Shown: positions 1 through 10,803 of the stretch, piece by piece
Layout of the letters: each line of letters starts with the position of its first letter
Numbering within the stretch: position 1 is the first letter of the stretch
Virus record (IMG/VR): IMGVR_UViG_3300012642_000011
Span: 64,001-128,000 of that record
Length of the DNA stretch: 64,000 nt
From: a virus
Direction: 5' to 3' (one strand)
Made by a program: the position numbers and the translations under genes
Notes under the pieces: model-generated
Database searches by the model: none
The model's input: the letters and a program-made list of their open reading frames with translations, nothing else
What the model was told of the DNA's origin: nothing

Positions 1-91
1 CAAATTACAATGTGAAGCAGCAGAAAACAATTAATACTGATTTCTTTATCGATGAAGATGATGAATTTGACATCGAGGGAGGATGGGATAA

Positions 92-634
92 ATGAATGAA
101 TTCGTATTGACCTATTTGGTGCATTTTATCCCGCTATTTCTTGCTTTCGTATTATTGATAGTGACAAAGTTGGATATGGTTAGATTCATCTTCCTGATGA
201 TTTTTCTGACTGGTTTGAAGATTGTTGCTTCTTACTTCCTTTTGGGGACAATTCTCATATTCTCTCCGCTTATTGTTCTTGCCGTGTCATTGGCCGCACT
301 GTTCTTAATGGCAGGTCTGTTTGGGCAGAAAGCAGGGGCTGAGGATTACAAAGTGTTCCTTGTCATCATGTCTATGTTCCCATGGTATATTGGATTCTGG
401 CCGTCTGCAATGTTTGTTGTCTTGCTCATTGCTTTCATAGGAATTGCTACATATAGAAGTTTTTCCAAAGCAAAGAAAGAATGGGGAGTCACCGGAGGAA
501 CTCCTGCAAGTATCATGTTAGAGGTAGGAGAAGACAAGTGGAATAAGATGATTGGTGGGATTCACTTCATTTCCCCTGCGATGTTAGCAGCAATGGTGAC
601 AGCAGTGACCACTATTATTACTACAATGCTGTAA
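92..634 (+). CDS. polytopic membrane protein (about 5 TM), hypothetical
   Basis: GGAGG RBS 8 nt upstream of ATG; 180 aa with repeated hydrophobic helices; no recognisable catalytic motif. Confidence 0.5.
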   Translation: MNEFVLTYLVHFIPLFLAFVLLIVTKLDMVRFIFLMIFLTGLKIVASYFLLGTILIFSPLIVLAVSLAALFLMAGLFGQKAGAEDYKVFLVIMSMFPWYIGFWPSAMFVVLLIAFIGIATYRSFSKAKKEWGVTGGTPASIMLEVGEDKWNKMIGGIHFISPAMLAAMVTAVTTIITTML

Positions 635-703
635 AATAGATCAATTTTTTCGATATACATATTACGATACCATTGGCAACTCTGATCAGGAAAGTGACAA
701 TTC

Positions 704-1738
704 ATGGCTAAAAAGAAATATGATGATCCATTTGAGGAATACCTCAATGAAGGTCGTGATAAACAGGAGGCTGAGAGGAAGAAACTCATCATCGGCGGCG
801 TAGCAAGTCTGGCTGTCGTGGGCGCTCTGACTGGTGGTACTTTACTTCTTCTCAATAACGATAAGGATGATACTCCTAAAGACGATTCATCTTCTTCAGA
901 TAGCAATTATATGAAGAAGGGTGACCCTAATTCTGGGAACACAAACACAGAAGCAAACATTGCTCAAGACCTCAGCCTTGCTGATAGCAATGACATTGAT
1001 GATAAGCCTGAATGGCTGGAAAAGTTCACAGAAAAATCTTCTCCTATCAGTTTTGATGGTACTACATGGGCTACTCAAGCGGACAAAGAGATGGTTGATG
1101 CTGTGATTGCTAGTGTAAACACTCAGGAAAGCGATCTCTACGCTGCTTCAAACATGCTTCCTTCTGAAGAGGCAGGTTTCACCTCTGATGATTCCAAGGC
1201 TGTAGATGAAACTGGATTCCCTAACCCTATGTACAGTTACTGGACTCAAGAGCAATTTGTTTTTGATACCAATATGATTCTGGAAATGTTCACCAATCCT
1301 GATGTTGGCGAGTGGGGAGAGTATGAGTTGCCTGGATCTGATCCTGCAAAGAACTTTAAAGCAACATCATTGAATCCTGTTTTGAGTTCAAGTCTTAAGG
1401 AAAAGATTGATAATGATGGCGCAAAGCAAACCAATATTGGTCTTCCTCTTGATTGGGGGAACAATGAATATGGTATGGCTGGTCAGTTCCCTGAATTCGG
1501 CTATAGATGGTATGGAGAGGTCAATGGAATTAAAACGCAGATGAAGTATGATGATTCTTCTTCGGCATATGATGTCACATTGACTGCTGATGTCACCTAT
1601 CGTGCTCTTTTAAAGAATGGTGGCTCTATAGAGAAACAAGGAACACTAGTCTTGGATCTCATTTCTGGTCAGAAGGAAAACGTTGAAAGTTCAAGGAAGA
1701 TATTAGTTAATAATGCTTCTTTGACTATGGAGGAATAA
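704..1738 (+). CDS. N-terminally membrane-anchored Ser/Asp-rich hypothetical protein
   Basis: single TM after a basic N-terminus (KKLIIGGVASLAVVGALTGGTLLLL), followed by a low-complexity acidic ectodomain. Confidence 0.5.
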   Translation: MAKKKYDDPFEEYLNEGRDKQEAERKKLIIGGVASLAVVGALTGGTLLLLNNDKDDTPKDDSSSSDSNYMKKGDPNSGNTNTEANIAQDLSLADSNDIDDKPEWLEKFTEKSSPISFDGTTWATQADKEMVDAVIASVNTQESDLYAASNMLPSEEAGFTSDDSKAVDETGFPNPMYSYWTQEQFVFDTNMILEMFTNPDVGEWGEYELPGSDPAKNFKATSLNPVLSSSLKEKIDNDGAKQTNIGLPLDWGNNEYGMAGQFPEFGYRWYGEVNGIKTQMKYDDSSSAYDVTLTADVTYRALLKNGGSIEKQGTLVLDLISGQKENVESSRKILVNNASLTMEE

Positions 1739-3933
1739 TGAAAAAGCAAACACGAAAGGTCAACATGTTGGCATTGTCCGTCATTGCTGGCGGAACTGCT
1801 CTAGCAACGGCTGCTCCTGCTGTTGCTCAGGGTATTAATTTCGGTATCTGGGGAAATGATGGCGGATCAAGTACAGAAAACTTGAGTTCTGATTCTGTCA
1901 ACTGGTTCTCCGTATCTGCTAGAAATGGAAATACTGCTTGGGAAAACTTCCGAAAGTTCAGTGGTCTTGAGCCAAAGTATCTTGATGGTGAACTTAATGA
2001 GTTGAAAAACTTTGATAGAGAAGTCTGCGAAAAATCAAATACTATTTGGTACACGGTAAATAATAATAATGGAAGTTATTATTGGGTAAACACTATCAAT
2101 GGTACAGATAAGAGAACTATCTTGACTAAGGATGGTAAACTTGCCAGCACTGCTGACCACAAGGCAATTGGTGTCAATGGAACAGTATTGAACCCTGCTT
2201 TGACATATGGAGTCAAACCAACTCAGAAACAGATTGATGCCATGATCAAGGAGTATGGTACGGCTAAGTTGAACTCCCAGCCATGGACGCTTGTCTGCTC
2301 TGGCTCTCTTGTTGGTGCCCAGCCTCAGGGAAATAAGTGGACAGAGTACAAAGATAAAGATGGTAAGGCCACAAGAGACAGGAATGATGCTCTTGAAAAG
2401 ACAAGGGCTACAGGAAAGGTGAAAAGCTGGACCAATCCTATCAATGTGAACTTGATTGCAAAGCCAGATTTTGACCCAGGAAAAATCGCTTTGCAGAGCC
2501 AGTCAAAAGCAAATGTAACTCAGTTTGGAAACCTGTGGAAACAGGCTCAAGCAGAAGATCTTAATGGAAAATCCATTGAAGATGTAAATACATTGGTTGA
2601 AAGCGCTATGTCTAAAGACAAGGCCGCTTCTTACGAGATGGACTTAAATGACCAAAACAAGGAGGCTATTGCTGAAGGTGGAGTTATGTCCATTAATCAG
2701 TTCAATCAGCCAGGAACAATTACTGTTCGAGAAACTGAGACAGTGATTGAGAAGAGAACATGTGAAAAGAAGTATGAATTGAAAAATGAAGAATGGGTAC
2801 CAAGCACAACCTGTAGTGGATGGGGTGAAGAGAAAGTAGGGGTTGGCTCCACTGTCAGCACTACAAATACAACACAGGAGAACGTAGGTTTCTGGCAGAT
2901 CCTTGTTGTTCAGTGTAATCCTGAAGAATTTAACAAGGTCAAGAGTACTCTGGAAAATGCTGTTCAGAAAAATGGTGAACAGAAAAATGAAGTACTTTCT
3001 TCTGAGATAATTAATCAGGGAACAGGAACTGCTGGCGTTATCAAGACTATTATGTATAATGATACCACTCAGAAGAAACTTGGAAATCCAAGTCAGACTG
3101 ATGGAGTATTGCGTAGAACTGCACAAAATGGTTTCTATGATAAAGAATGTGGTCTTCAGTGCTATGCTCCACCTACATCAAGGGTAAGTGGTGGCGATGA
3201 TGGAAGGATTCAACCCAACGAACTTCCTGCTTATTCTCCAGGCAAGGATGGTGGAACTGGTGTGAAGATTTCTGATGATAGTAAGTTTGATGGAAAGAAT
3301 TTGGCAATCTTCAGAGATAACGATCCAAAAAGAACGATTACGATTAACCTTTGGAGACCTGAGATTGCTCCCAAGGCTACACCAAAGACAACAACAGTCT
3401 TCAAAGATCCCAACGGCACACCTGGTGCTGATGGTTCTGCAGGAGAATTTGTCATGACCGATAGTAAAAAGAACTCTGTTTTTGGATCTGATTCCGTAGC
3501 AGAGCAAAAGGGTTGGGATAAAGCGACATTCAAATCCCCCAATGTTTCCGTTCTTGATGGATCTCACAATGTGTTCAATGTAAGAGCAAATTGGCCTTCA
3601 GAAAAGGGTAATCCTCAAGTATTGAATGCTGCATGGGAATATGATGTGACAGGTAAAGCGGATATTCCAACTACGGTGGGAGTATCTAAGAATGTTTCTA
3701 CACCTGTCATGAAAAACGTTGGCACAGTGGAAGCACCTATTGAGGGTAGATGCTTTGCTATGTTTAACTCTAACGCTGAGGATCTTGGTAGTGAGTACTT
3801 GAATGCAAACACAGGAAGTGGAACTTCAACTGGTTTCAATAATCCGTTTGCTTATAAAACTGAAGGTGATGAAAGAATTTACAATAACCCTTACAACATT
3901 GTCATTGACTTTGTGAGGGCAACAGCAGAGTGA
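1738..3933 (+). CDS. secreted protein with cleavable signal peptide (731 aa), function unknown
   Basis: start overlaps upstream stop (ATGA); signal peptide MKKQTRKVNMLALSVIAGGTALATAAPAVAQG; large soluble domain with no recognised motif. Confidence 0.55.
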   Translation: MKKQTRKVNMLALSVIAGGTALATAAPAVAQGINFGIWGNDGGSSTENLSSDSVNWFSVSARNGNTAWENFRKFSGLEPKYLDGELNELKNFDREVCEKSNTIWYTVNNNNGSYYWVNTINGTDKRTILTKDGKLASTADHKAIGVNGTVLNPALTYGVKPTQKQIDAMIKEYGTAKLNSQPWTLVCSGSLVGAQPQGNKWTEYKDKDGKATRDRNDALEKTRATGKVKSWTNPINVNLIAKPDFDPGKIALQSQSKANVTQFGNLWKQAQAEDLNGKSIEDVNTLVESAMSKDKAASYEMDLNDQNKEAIAEGGVMSINQFNQPGTITVRETETVIEKRTCEKKYELKNEEWVPSTTCSGWGEEKVGVGSTVSTTNTTQENVGFWQILVVQCNPEEFNKVKSTLENAVQKNGEQKNEVLSSEIINQGTGTAGVIKTIMYNDTTQKKLGNPSQTDGVLRRTAQNGFYDKECGLQCYAPPTSRVSGGDDGRIQPNELPAYSPGKDGGTGVKISDDSKFDGKNLAIFRDNDPKRTITINLWRPEIAPKATPKTTTVFKDPNGTPGADGSAGEFVMTDSKKNSVFGSDSVAEQKGWDKATFKSPNVSVLDGSHNVFNVRANWPSEKGNPQVLNAAWEYDVTGKADIPTTVGVSKNVSTPVMKNVGTVEAPIEGRCFAMFNSNAEDLGSEYLNANTGSGTSTGFNNPFAYKTEGDERIYNNPYNIVIDFVRATAE

Positions 3934-3950
3934 TCTGATGTTCTCTGATA

Positions 3951-3990
3951 AAATGGGCTGGGTGTTAAACATCCGGCCCATTTGTCTTTG
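3951..3990 (+). terminator. putative intrinsic terminator
   Basis: hairpin AATGGGCTGG...CCGGCCCATT followed by TTTGTCTTTG. Confidence 0.4.
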
Positions 3991-4062
3991 GGTTGAAATT
4001 TTGGTATGATTGTTACAGAATGATCGATATAGCTATAGATCTGAAGGAATCGAGAGGACAAC

Positions 4063-5769
4063 ATGGCGTCACCAGAGCAGATGAATGACAACCATCCCGA
4101 TAACAAGGCTGCATCAGGACAGAAAAGGACAAGAAAGAAGTATCCTATTTCTGATACTGCTGTAGCAGGCAGTCTTGTGGCCCTTGCTGCTGCAGGCGCG
4201 TTGGCAATCGGCGGCAGTGTTGTCATGAATGTTAACAATTACAACAGCATTGTTTCTCCTGTGAAGAAGGAATCTCCTTATATTGAGGTTTCTCAAGTAA
4301 GTTCCATTTCAAAGGATTGGGCTAGATCACTTGCTAATCAGAGGCCATCTGTCATACCCAAGGATGATAAGTGGAATGTTCAGGATAATTCCTCCCCTCA
4401 GCATCCTATTGATCCCTCTATATGTTCTGAGATGAAGGAAGTTCCTGCCACTGTGACTTCAACGTTTAAAGCGGGCAGTGATTCCATGAGCGTTCATGTG
4501 CAGGCATATGGTGCCGGTCAGGCTGCAGATCAGTTCTACGCTTATAAGAATATGCTTGAATCGTGCTCCAATGTCAAGGAAGTCAAGACCAGTAATGGTA
4601 AGGCTATTATTTTTGACGATGGGTTCCTCATCACAATGGGTGATGGTATGGTAGGTGGCTTTGGGTTCAAGGACAGCAAGGTAAGAGACGGTGCTGTAAA
4701 GTTCTATGAAGAGAAGATGTTCTCTACTTTGAAGGATACTCAGTGTCGTGATCTTAGCGTGGTTCAGGGAGCAAGTTCGCGTTCTCCGTTCTATGGAGAG
4801 GACAAGTATAAGGGTCTCTTTGATAAGGCTAGGATGTCTACAAGCGTTCCTGTGAATGATGTTCCTAAGCCCAAGGAAGTCAAGTTGACATCGATTAAGG
4901 ATAAGGATATTTCTCAGCCTGAGTCTCCTATCCCTTCAAGTTATCCAAAGATGCCTGATAAGGAAGTGAAGAAGCCTGAGGTTCCTGCTGCTATTCCTGT
5001 CCAGAAGGCAGATGACTTTGATCAGTACGCTTCCTTTGAGATTCCTGATGACAATGGTCCCGGTTGTGGTTGGGAGTGGAGTGCTCAGCACGCTTTGAAT
5101 TATGATCGTCCTGCCCTCTCTCAGAAGGCTGATGCTGAGAAGCAAAAGGTTCAGTCTGAAGTTGATCGTACTGCACAGAAGTATGTAGATGATCAGAAGG
5201 CGTGGAGAGATAAGATTGAGCAGTTAACACCTGCTATTAATTCATGGAATACATATTCTACTAAGGTCAACAATGTTCACGATAAGTGGAATTATCTGAA
5301 TACTGAGCGCGCTAAGATTGAAGGCGCGTGGAATGAGTATATTTCCAGATACGAGGACTGGTTCACTTTTGATGACAGGCAGGCGGCAGCATCTGATCGC
5401 TATGACGCCGCATTGAAGAAGTGTGTTGATCAGCAGGATAAGGTTTCAGAGTGGGAGGAAAAGTGGGGCGAGAAGTATGCTCAGCAGGATGCTATCATTA
5501 ATTCTGCCACTGTGGAAAAGGAAATCGAGGAAGATGGGGAGACAAGGAAAGAGAGAGTCTTTGATCCTGATAAGTTGAGTGATGAACAGAAGAAGATCAT
5601 TGCTGAGGACATTCCTGACAGGCCAGAGGACTGCACAGAACTTCCTGAGAAGCCAAGTATCCTCACACAGTCTCGTCCAAAGGAGCCTAAGGCACCTAGC
5701 ATTCCAAGCGATGTGACAATTCCTGAATCTTGGAGAAGTGTGGATGATGTAATCAAAGAAAATCAGTGA
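4063..5769 (+). CDS. membrane-anchored hypothetical protein (568 aa)
   Basis: single TM (AVAGSLVALAAAGALAIGGSVVM) after a basic N-terminus; Lys/Glu-rich C-terminal coiled region. Confidence 0.5.
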   Translation: MASPEQMNDNHPDNKAASGQKRTRKKYPISDTAVAGSLVALAAAGALAIGGSVVMNVNNYNSIVSPVKKESPYIEVSQVSSISKDWARSLANQRPSVIPKDDKWNVQDNSSPQHPIDPSICSEMKEVPATVTSTFKAGSDSMSVHVQAYGAGQAADQFYAYKNMLESCSNVKEVKTSNGKAIIFDDGFLITMGDGMVGGFGFKDSKVRDGAVKFYEEKMFSTLKDTQCRDLSVVQGASSRSPFYGEDKYKGLFDKARMSTSVPVNDVPKPKEVKLTSIKDKDISQPESPIPSSYPKMPDKEVKKPEVPAAIPVQKADDFDQYASFEIPDDNGPGCGWEWSAQHALNYDRPALSQKADAEKQKVQSEVDRTAQKYVDDQKAWRDKIEQLTPAINSWNTYSTKVNNVHDKWNYLNTERAKIEGAWNEYISRYEDWFTFDDRQAAASDRYDAALKKCVDQQDKVSEWEEKWGEKYAQQDAIINSATVEKEIEEDGETRKERVFDPDKLSDEQKKIIAEDIPDRPEDCTELPEKPSILTQSRPKEPKAPSIPSDVTIPESWRSVDDVIKENQ

Positions 5770-5782
5770 TCATTGTTTGCTG

Positions 5783-5820
5783 AATTGGGGAAGGTGAACT
5801 GCCTTCCCCAATTCTCTTTG
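5783..5820 (+). terminator. intrinsic terminator
   Basis: perfect 12-bp stem AATTGGGGAAGG/CCTTCCCCAATT with 7-nt loop, then CTCTTTG. Confidence 0.7.
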
Positions 5821-5874
5821 TAAATATAAGTTTTTAAAGTTTCTTTTCAAGGATGAGTTTTATAGAAGTGTGTT

Positions 5875-5883
5875 TGTTAGAAT
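5875..5883 (+). promoter_or_regulatory. extended -10 promoter-like motif TGTTAGAAT
   Basis: TGnTAGAAT about 100 nt upstream of the SSB-like gene; the same motif recurs at 10870, 17396, 38553, 60318 and as TGATACAAT at 25661. Confidence 0.4.
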
Positions 5884-5981
5884 ATAAATAGTCCACACCA
5901 CAGGGGTGAGGAGGCAGACTTCGTAAACTGAAGCCCGCATAAATAGCCGAATAGGCGAGTAACAAAAAGGATGGTATAATC

Positions 5982-6548
5982 ATGAAAGATCCAGTTCACG
6001 TTGAGGGAAGCGTTATCAAGATCGAGGAAATGCGTAAGGTTGGAAAGGACAACCAGAGCGTTCTTAACTTCCTCGTAGTTGAAGAGTATAGGGAGAAGGT
6101 TGGAGAGAATGAGTGGAATGTTAAAGCCACTAAGTTCTACAACTGTACAGCATGGAGAAGTCGTGCTGAGGCTCTTGAAAAGACACTTGTTCCAGGCATG
6201 AAGGTATACTTCTCATTGAGCAGAGATTTGGAGCCTAAGAAGGATAAGAACGGCGAGGTTATCCTTGATTCCAATGACCGTCCTGAGACTGTTTACGAGC
6301 GATACACAGTTCTTAATGGTGGACCTGATATCATGTGGGATGCTATGCAGTACTCTGATGAGGAGAAGCGCACTAAGGCAGAAGAGAGTCTTGAGAAGAT
6401 GCTGAAGAAGAGGGGCGATAGCGGTTCTAGTTCTAGAAGTTCTTCATCTTCCTCAACGTCATCTTCAAAGAAGACGACTTCTGCTAAGAAGTCAGAACCT
6501 GTCGATGATATTGACGATTTTGATGATGATGAATTCAGTGACTTCTGA
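5982..6548 (+). CDS. ssb: single-stranded DNA-binding protein-like (OB fold with acidic C-terminal tail)
   Basis: OB-fold-like core (ATKFYNCTAWRSRAEALEKTLVPGMKVYFSLSRDL resembles SSB L45-strand region); Ser-rich linker; C-terminal DDIDDFDDDEFSDF tail like the SSB DDDIPF interaction tail. Confidence 0.5.
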   Translation: MKDPVHVEGSVIKIEEMRKVGKDNQSVLNFLVVEEYREKVGENEWNVKATKFYNCTAWRSRAEALEKTLVPGMKVYFSLSRDLEPKKDKNGEVILDSNDRPETVYERYTVLNGGPDIMWDAMQYSDEEKRTKAEESLEKMLKKRGDSGSSSRSSSSSSTSSSKKTTSAKKSEPVDDIDDFDDDEFSDF

Positions 6549-6582
6549 GATTAAAAAGTAATTTCATTCTGATCACTCCCTT

Positions 6583-6616
6583 GAGGGTCTGCCAATAAGG
6601 CAGGCCCTCTTTCAAT
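6583..6616 (+). terminator. intrinsic terminator
   Basis: GAGGGTCTGCC aataa GGCAGGCCCTC hairpin followed by TTTCAATG. Confidence 0.6.
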
Positions 6617-6739
6617 GTGTATATTTATACGTCTGATATAAAAGATAGTGAGTTATCATCAGGGCACAACTGTGTTCGTGATCATTCTCGGGATCATATT
6701 GATGATCCATTATACTGCAGACTTTAAAAAGAGGACGTT

Positions 6740-7465
6740 ATGAGTTCAACATATGATAATGATGCCATAGAGGAAGAAGGTAAAGACAACGAGAGCGTAT
6801 TCTTCTTGGATGGAGATGAAAAGATTGAATATGATGTCAGTGTGTACAACAAGAACTATATTGAGCAGAACAGATTGACACATCAAAAATGGTTCAAGAT
6901 CACAGTTGCTATCGTGGCATCATTGGCGGCAGTGTCCATTCTGACATATCTGGTGCTTCTTTCTTTTCTTTCTCCGGTATCGTTGAATAATAAATCATCA
7001 AATGATAAAAGCTTTTCCATGCCTATGTTTGAGGCTATGGGGAAACCTGATCCTGTTAAATATGGTCATGTTAACATCAAAGTATCCAAAAATACTATTT
7101 CAGCATCAGACGGTAACAGTCTTGCTCTCAAGAACGCTTCTCTTACATCTGCTCAAAGCGATACATGCCAAATTGCAGATCCCCAAAGTTTCTGTTTAGT
7201 TGCACAAGGGGAATTTAAGGGAGAAAAGATTGATGTATACTATTTCAAGGACATTGCCGGTTCTCTTTTCTTCAATTCTCCTTCTGCATTCAAGCAGGTT
7301 GAGGGTGTTAAGGGAAGAATCGTGGCTTTAAGTGATATTTCGTTTAAAGGTGAAAACAGAACTGTGGTAGCAACGGGAGAAAAGAATTCATCTGGATTCC
7401 TGATCCTTACACCAAAGAACAGTAGTGTAGATTTTGTCAAGGATTTGGCTTCATCATTGAATTGA
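6740..7465 (+). CDS. single-pass membrane protein, hypothetical
   Basis: 241 aa with a TM around residues 50-75 (WFKITVAIVASLAAVSILTYLVLLSFL). Confidence 0.45.
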   Translation: MSSTYDNDAIEEEGKDNESVFFLDGDEKIEYDVSVYNKNYIEQNRLTHQKWFKITVAIVASLAAVSILTYLVLLSFLSPVSLNNKSSNDKSFSMPMFEAMGKPDPVKYGHVNIKVSKNTISASDGNSLALKNASLTSAQSDTCQIADPQSFCLVAQGEFKGEKIDVYYFKDIAGSLFFNSPSAFKQVEGVKGRIVALSDISFKGENRTVVATGEKNSSGFLILTPKNSSVDFVKDLASSLN

Positions 7466-7480
7466 TTATAAGGAGTAAAA

Positions 7481-8491
7481 ATGACGAATGCAATTATAGT
7501 GATATGCGTATACTTGTTTGTATACCCTATTCTTTTTAGATTGATGGCTGTATTGCATACTGAAATGAGAGTGAAGCCTGCTATGGAGAAGGCAAGGAAG
7601 AATAAGGCTAAAAAGATCCCTAAACCTATCTGGTCTAATAAATGGGGACCAAGGCTTTCCTTTGCCTTCAAAGATAAGAGAGTAGCCACTTTTGGTAAGT
7701 CAACTTTAGGATCACTTCAAAATAGACAGATCGCTTTAATAATCTACATACTAGGAATGATCCTGATGGTTTACTCAACATTCTCAAGCGAAATTATGAA
7801 TCAAGCTCTTGGATACGTAGCAGCATTCTGTGTGTTTCTCATAGCGGTATTCTACGCTATGAATCGTGCCAAGAGCGTAGTTGATGTTAGGAGCAATAAG
7901 ATTGGGAAGATGTTTGAAATTGCTGCTGCCAAATTGAGCATCTCAAGAGAGTATGCTGAAAACCCCAATGCTGTTGTTGAAGTAAAAGAATGGAGAGATC
8001 TTGTTTACCCCCAAGAAGTAAAGTTTTATATCCCACCTACACTTGACCAAAATGCTGAAGATGGGTTCTTGAGACAATTCAATCAAGTGTTTGGATCAGA
8101 AACCACATTTGTGACGCACAATACTCAAGATAATGGTAATCCTGGTTGGGATGGAGAGAATGGAGAGTACACTATCAAGGCTGTGCCACCATTGCCTATG
8201 AAAGCACCATGGAGTGAGAAGTATGTGCTGGATGAAAGAATTGCATGGAGCTTTTTCCCTATTGCTCTTGGCGTTGAAAATGGTGTAGAACTCGTTGATC
8301 CAGAGACAGGGGAAAAGGAGAATGTTCTTGGATTTGATCTTGCAGGAGAGCAAGTCTCCCTTGCCAAGAAACATGGTGTTAAATTAGGTGGAGAAATCGT
8401 TGTAGCACCCATGGTACTCATTGCAGGTGGTACTGGTGGTGGCAAGGCAGAGGACATCAACACCAAAGTCTTGAGATATGTCGAAGATTGA
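7481..8491 (+). CDS. membrane protein with Gly-rich C-terminus, hypothetical
   Basis: RBS AAGGAG; two N-terminal TM segments plus two more; C-terminal AGGTGGGKAED (P-loop-like but not a canonical Walker A). Confidence 0.45.
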   Translation: MTNAIIVICVYLFVYPILFRLMAVLHTEMRVKPAMEKARKNKAKKIPKPIWSNKWGPRLSFAFKDKRVATFGKSTLGSLQNRQIALIIYILGMILMVYSTFSSEIMNQALGYVAAFCVFLIAVFYAMNRAKSVVDVRSNKIGKMFEIAAAKLSISREYAENPNAVVEVKEWRDLVYPQEVKFYIPPTLDQNAEDGFLRQFNQVFGSETTFVTHNTQDNGNPGWDGENGEYTIKAVPPLPMKAPWSEKYVLDERIAWSFFPIALGVENGVELVDPETGEKENVLGFDLAGEQVSLAKKHGVKLGGEIVVAPMVLIAGGTGGGKAEDINTKVLRYVED

Positions 8492-8503
8492 GAGAAACAG
8501 TCT

Positions 8504-9349
8504 ATGGCACGTTACCGTGGTAAGTCAAAAGTAGAAAACGATCCGTTAGATGAAGCGTTTGAGAATGGTTTCTATTTCAATCACTCTGACGTGAAGTTCA
8601 CTCTATATAGGTCAAGGATGAGTCCATTCAGGTGGTCACCCACGGATGCTAGAAGTGTGCTCATAGGATACAACACCCAAGATGAAATTGATCATATTCT
8701 ACAAAGAGTGAAAAATCATTCTAGGACACATCAAGACTCCATGTACTTTGAAATCATTGATTTCTCTGAAAACAAGAAAGATGAGTTCAAGAACAACATC
8801 AGAGAACATAGCAAAGCAATCAATTTCAAGTATGCCCACAGTGTTGAAAAAGAAGTCACAAGAATACAAAAGTACAGACAGAGAATTCATGAATCCAATT
8901 ATGGTTATTATGATTCTACAAGGAGATTCTATATCCCTTTCTTTATTTTGGCGGATAGAAAGTTGACATCATCAGAATCAAAAGCCATTCATGTGTTGAT
9001 CACTTCTCCCAACAAGAACGTGTACCCATTCTTTGCTATTGAAGATGTGACTGCTATGCCAGACGATCTCATTAAAAAATTCGATATGTTTGCTGCCATA
9101 GGTGATACCAACACATATGCCATGTCTTCTCTCTATCCTCAAAGATATGTGGAATCTGGAACGCCTAAAAAAGATTGGATAGGTGTAGGTTACTCTAAGA
9201 GTAAAAAACACAATGTGATTCTGCATTCGACAAACACACGAGAAATCAATGAATATGGCATGGAAGTCAACAACCTGAAAAAGAAAAAACTTGAGGCATA
9301 TAAGAAGTATTTGACCACTCTGGATGATATGATCATAGAAATGGAATGA
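8504..9349 (+). CDS. hypothetical protein
   Basis: 281-aa ORF with ATGA overlap to the next gene; no recognised motif. Confidence 0.45.
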   Translation: MARYRGKSKVENDPLDEAFENGFYFNHSDVKFTLYRSRMSPFRWSPTDARSVLIGYNTQDEIDHILQRVKNHSRTHQDSMYFEIIDFSENKKDEFKNNIREHSKAINFKYAHSVEKEVTRIQKYRQRIHESNYGYYDSTRRFYIPFFILADRKLTSSESKAIHVLITSPNKNVYPFFAIEDVTAMPDDLIKKFDMFAAIGDTNTYAMSSLYPQRYVESGTPKKDWIGVGYSKSKKHNVILHSTNTREINEYGMEVNNLKKKKLEAYKKYLTTLDDMIIEME

Positions 9350-10008
9350 GGTATATAATGGGAAGATTTGAAGAAGTAACTTTAGGTGAATTGAGAGAAG
9401 GGGATAAAATCCCCGGACCTAATGGTGAATTGGTAACAGTGGTGAAAGGATACGATCATCACATTCCAGAGAAAATGTATGAGATAGAAAATGATAATGG
9501 GGATACTCTAAAAGTGTCAGGAAATCATTTAATGTATGTGGAATCCTCTATTGATACAAGTTACCATCCGACTAGAGTGAAGAATGATAAGAAAACCCTG
9601 AAAAAATATGATAATAATAAAATGTCTGACATCAGGGATTACGTCAACACTCATCAAACAGGAGACCACGATGTATCTCTTCATGAAGTAGTATCTTTTA
9701 TGGATGCCCAAAATGATCAAGCAGTCATTAACGTTCTACAAAGAATTGCTGCATCTATCGGACCAGTGGCAGAAGACAACTATAGTGTCCGTGACCTCTA
9801 TGATGATGAAGTAGTACAAGATAATAATTCTATTCAAAAGTATGATAAAAGGGAATTTTTTCAACAGATTCTGGCGTTATCCCCTAGAGACAAGAAAGAC
9901 AAAAATATACCTGTCATTATAGGCAGAGTGATCACAGCAGACCAGATGTTTGAAGAAATGGAATACTCTGAAATTTCCATACCAAATCCCCCTTCGATCA
10001 CAAGTTGA
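9346..10008 (+). CDS. hypothetical protein, possible Hint (intein-like) N-terminal fold
   Basis: segment TLGELREGDKIPGPNGELVTVV...GDTLKVSGNHLMYV resembles Hint block A/B spacing (GD-x-I...G..v.V...T..H.l.v); weak. Confidence 0.35.
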   Translation: MRYIMGRFEEVTLGELREGDKIPGPNGELVTVVKGYDHHIPEKMYEIENDNGDTLKVSGNHLMYVESSIDTSYHPTRVKNDKKTLKKYDNNKMSDIRDYVNTHQTGDHDVSLHEVVSFMDAQNDQAVINVLQRIAASIGPVAEDNYSVRDLYDDEVVQDNNSIQKYDKREFFQQILALSPRDKKDKNIPVIIGRVITADQMFEEMEYSEISIPNPPSITS

Positions 10009-10075
10009 AGCATGATCAGTTGCGTTGCTTATTGTGATAATATAGTTAAGAAAACTTCTAACGGAGGAATAACAC

Positions 10076-10777
10076 ATGGACCAAAAAACTTATCAGGGAT
10101 CTTCCTTGAACGGCTATCAGATGAGTCAGGGATATCCTGACACTGAAGTTGACAATAATCAGAAATTCTATCGTAGTGTCCTGACATGGACAGCGGCCAC
10201 TTTGGTGATCTGTGGTCTTTCTGCCCTTTTCATTGGCCCACTCGTCCCACCTGCAATGGTGCTCCCCATCTCTATTGCTGTGCTTGTAGGCTTGCTGGTT
10301 GCCTCATTTGTAAGGAACCTTTTATACAAATTTGCTGATTTCTTCGCTATCGTGGTTCCTGCTGCACTCGGTCCTGTGATCTATGCTGTAGTAGCGCAGT
10401 ATACTAGCGCAGGTATGGGTTCAGTCGTCATCAATGCTCTTCTTGGAACTGCTATGATCTTCTGCATTATGGCTGCTATTGGATGGACCAGTAAGAAGAA
10501 CTTCATGTCCATGGGCAAGTATCTCTTTGCCATCGTACTTGGATTGATCGCTTTCTCCTTGCTGAATATCTTCCTTCTGAAGTCAGCAATGATCTCCTTT
10601 GTCATCTCCATTGGAGTCTTGATCATCTTTTCCCTTTACATCATATATGATTTGCAGGCTGTGAAGACAAGGGCATTTGGAGACAAGGCATCTATCTACG
10701 CTTTGAACATATTCCTTGACATTTACAACATCTTCATCAGTCTACTGCAAATCTTGGGGTTCCTTTCCAAAGACTGA
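10076..10777 (+). CDS. BI-1/YccA (TMBIM) family 7-TM membrane protein
   Basis: 233 aa with 7 predicted TM; N-terminal FYRSVLTWTAATLVICGLSALF and C-terminal DIYNIFISLLQILGF typical of the Bax-inhibitor-1/YccA family. Confidence 0.55.
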   Translation: MDQKTYQGSSLNGYQMSQGYPDTEVDNNQKFYRSVLTWTAATLVICGLSALFIGPLVPPAMVLPISIAVLVGLLVASFVRNLLYKFADFFAIVVPAALGPVIYAVVAQYTSAGMGSVVINALLGTAMIFCIMAAIGWTSKKNFMSMGKYLFAIVLGLIAFSLLNIFLLKSAMISFVISIGVLIIFSLYIIYDLQAVKTRAFGDKASIYALNIFLDIYNIFISLLQILGFLSKD

Positions 10778-10803
10778 TAAGACTAATTGATTCAGTTCAC
10801 GTT